A stretch of 63,936 bases of DNA, filler included, from Octopus bimaculoides (taxonomy: Eukaryota), in the NCBI RefSeq assembly GCF_001194135.2. It is 5 parts of 4 records of this genome, joined end to end, with 100 filler letters (N's around TTAATTAATTAA, not from the genome) between each part and the next. Parts side by side here need not be neighbours in the genome. Positions count along the whole stretch, not along the records: positions 61,955 to 63,936 come from NW_026438137.1; 4 more parts are not named here. The stretch is one strand, 5' to 3'. The first letter of the stretch is position 1. Each line of letters opens with the position of its first letter. A program made the position numbers and the translations under genes. The notes beneath the pieces are model-generated. The model made no database searches. It was not told where the DNA came from and saw nothing but the letters and a program-made list of their open reading frames with translations. Below are positions 62,980-63,936 of the stretch, piece after piece.

Positions 62980-63936
62980 CTGCAAGTTTTGAGATCATAC
63001 ACATGAGGACAGATGACCTGCTTTTGCAAAATCCTGTAGTCTATGTAAGAAGAAGAACCACTTTCGGTCTGTTTCTTGGTCCATAAGAAAATCTTCTAAT
63101 AAGGTACATGAAGTTGATGCTGATGTAAATTATGTGACCAAGAATCTCGTAATGTCTTCAGCAATGGAGACAGTAATGTGAGTTATTTGATTTGTATTAA
63201 GATCAACAACATCAAAGTGTTAATGCAAACAGACACCAGCAATGATCTTACAATTATACCACAAAATTCCTGGATAGAACTAAGATTTCCAAAATTGAAA
63301 CCACGTCATGCTTGCCTCAAACAGTTTGACACCTGAGCAATTAAATTAATGAGACAGTTTGAAGGTACTTTAAAATTTGAAACTATGGAAGATTTAGGTC
63401 AACGTCATTGTTGCAGAATCCTTTCAGAGGAATGGTCTGATTGGAACAGACGTTTTGAGGAGTGATGCTACAACACTTATCCATCATGCCAAACTGCAAA
63501 AAATCTAGGTGTCTAAAAGGTTATGAAGCCAATATAAAAATTAAATTAAATCTCGACAACTTCCTATCTACATTTATACTTTAGTTGTAGCCAAATTAAA
63601 GAAAATGATAGTTAACAACTTATTAAAAAAAGATGAAACAGGAGAAAGTAAGTGGGTTTCACCATTGGTTGTAGTTTGCAAGCCCAATGGTGATTTATGT
63701 ATATGTGTTGATTACAAGATAGGATTGAATCCCAATATTGTTCTGATTCTTATCCTACACCTAGTGTTGAGATGGTATTACACAAGTAGGAAGCTATGAA
63801 GTATTTTAAACATGTTTAAGTGGGGATAAATATTACCAAAAGTTAATTTGGTTAACACATACCATGAAATTGAAATATCCAACGAGGCCCAGGAAATAAT
63901 GACTGTTAGTACTCCACATGGATTATTAAAGTGGAC
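62980..63936 (+). mobile_element. Decayed Ty3/Gypsy gag-pol remnant (runs off the window end)
   Basis: Zn knuckles CKF*DHTH..PAFAKSCSLCKKKNHF, protease MQTDTSNDLTIIP, RT SKWVSPLVVVCKPNGDLCICVDYKIGLN and KVNLVNTYHEIEI..TVSTPHGLLKW. Many stops and frameshifts. Confidence 0.9.

Overview
AT-rich, microsatellite- and SINE-dense animal genomic DNA. The repeat families and gene types point to a coleoid cephalopod, most likely Octopus; this is inferred from recognition, not proven. Four artificial 100-bp spacers (44N-TTAATTAATTAA-44N) split the window, so adjacency across them is unverified. Genes: (1) a minus-strand tandem cluster of three intronless, compact class-A (rhodopsin-like) orphan GPCRs at 1.9-9.3 kb, with one intact, one clear pseudogene and one intact ORF carrying odd motif substitutions; (2) a single splice-bounded first coding exon resembling C7orf25/UPF0415 at 43.7-43.8 kb, inside a CpG-depleted domain of about 25 kb. 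The rest is tRNA-derived SINEs, decayed R4/Dong LINEs, piggyBac, Tc1, mariner, hAT, Chapaev-like, Helitron-like, Penelope (GIY-YIG) and Gypsy remnants, and micro/minisatellites. The most unusual signals are several hammerhead-ribozyme-like folds and a ~650-bp foldback with many symmetric mismatches just upstream of the GPCR cluster. The folds are a two-copy type I fold with a CCGAUGA core and a tRNA-headed SINE with a Penelope-type hammerhead tail, one copy of which abuts a Penelope endonuclease ORF. Most ORF-track entries are microsatellite artefacts.
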